Source of the DNA: a virus
Lineage: Duplodnaviria > Heunggongvirae > Uroviricota > Caudoviricetes
Length of the DNA stretch: 8,710 bases
IMG/VR virus record: IMGVR_UViG_2529292829_000011
Direction: 5' to 3' (one strand)
The first letter of the stretch is position 1. Each line of letters starts with the position of its first letter. The notes beneath the pieces are model-generated. The model ran no database searches, was not told the origin of the DNA, and saw only the letters and a list, made by a program, of their open reading frames with translations. The position numbers and the translations under genes are program-made. This document shows, piece by piece, positions 8,126-8,710 of the stretch.

Positions 8126-8710
8126 ATGAAAATCAGAGCGGTAAAGGGCATCAGAAACGCCCATTATCTTGAAAATGGTGCGGTTGACTGCGAGGTGTTA
8201 TTTGAAGGTGAAACGGAATTCGTCCCGTATACCGCCATGCAGGATGATACCGCACCGACAGGCCAGCGCATCTGGGAAGAGTTGCAGAACGGCAAATGGG
8301 GCGAAATCGCCCCTTTCACTGTCACGCCGGAACTTATCGCCGCGGCGAAGGATGCCAAAAAGCAGGAAATCGAGGCATGGCGCACAGAACAGGAAGCACT
8401 GCCGTTCACCTTTGAATGGAACGGTCGCACCTGGAACGCTGGCCCCGACTCAATGGCCCGTCTTTATCCGGTAGTAATGGCGGCGAAATCCGATACGGCA
8501 CGAACCGCCCTTGCATGGGGTGATGCCGATAATCAACAGGTGAAACTGTCAATGCCGGAACTGGAAGAACTGGCGGCAGCAATGGCGCAGGCGCAGCTCG
8601 ATCGCAATGACGAGATTTATCGACGTCAGCGGGAGATGAAGGAAGAACTGAATAATCTGGAGGATTTGGGTTCAATCAGGAAACTGGTCGTTAGCTCAGA
8701 AAAACCTTGA
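8126..8710 (+). CDS. Tail-fibre-associated protein of uncertain function (occupies the tfa position; not a canonical lambda Tfa)
   Basis: Complete 194-aa ORF starting 13 nt after the stf stop, with its TGA at 8708-8710, the last three bases of the window. Same length and position as lambda tfa, but the translation does not resemble lambda Tfa as I recall it and lacks the C-terminal W..Y..L..RVD....WP motif of that chaperone family. The C-terminal half is acidic and helix-prone (ELEELAAAMAQAQLDRNDEIYRRQREMKEELNNLEDL). It reminds me of a family of unknown function (DUF4376-type) seen next to enterobacterial prophage fibre genes, but I cannot confirm that without a search. Confidence 0.6.
   Translation: MKIRAVKGIRNAHYLENGAVDCEVLFEGETEFVPYTAMQDDTAPTGQRIWEELQNGKWGEIAPFTVTPELIAAAKDAKKQEIEAWRTEQEALPFTFEWNGRTWNAGPDSMARLYPVVMAAKSDTARTALAWGDADNQQVKLSMPELEELAAAMAQAQLDRNDEIYRRQREMKEELNNLEDLGSIRKLVVSSEKP

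Noticed and set aside
1-8710. CRISPR arrays, tRNA or rRNA genes, IS elements or integrase
   Set aside because: No short regularly spaced direct repeats, no cloverleaf-like or rRNA-like sequence, and no terminal inverted repeats or transposase or integrase-like ORFs were seen on either strand.

Overview
This window is the distal tail and host-range module of a lambda-like (lambdoid) phage or prophage from an enterobacterial host, with every gene on the + strand. In order it holds: the 3' end of tail assembly gene I (1-384); a host-specificity / central tail fibre gene J (445-4116) that is recognisably lambda-like but broken into at least six ORF fragments across all three + frames by a cluster of small indels between about 1250 and 2530; an intact lom outer-membrane beta-barrel gene (4184-4783) bracketed by terminator-like hairpins; a long side tail fibre gene stf (4852-8112) with a lambda-like N-terminal anchor, an Ala-rich coiled coil and an internally duplicated distal module; and a 194-aa fibre-associated ORF (8126-8710) that lacks the canonical Tfa C-terminus. 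I see no tRNA, rRNA, CRISPR, IS element or integrase. I do not find a genuinely novel system here; the points most worth a second look are the localised frameshift cluster in J, the modular repeat architecture of stf, and the atypical downstream ORF. All homology statements are from recalled sequences, not a database search.
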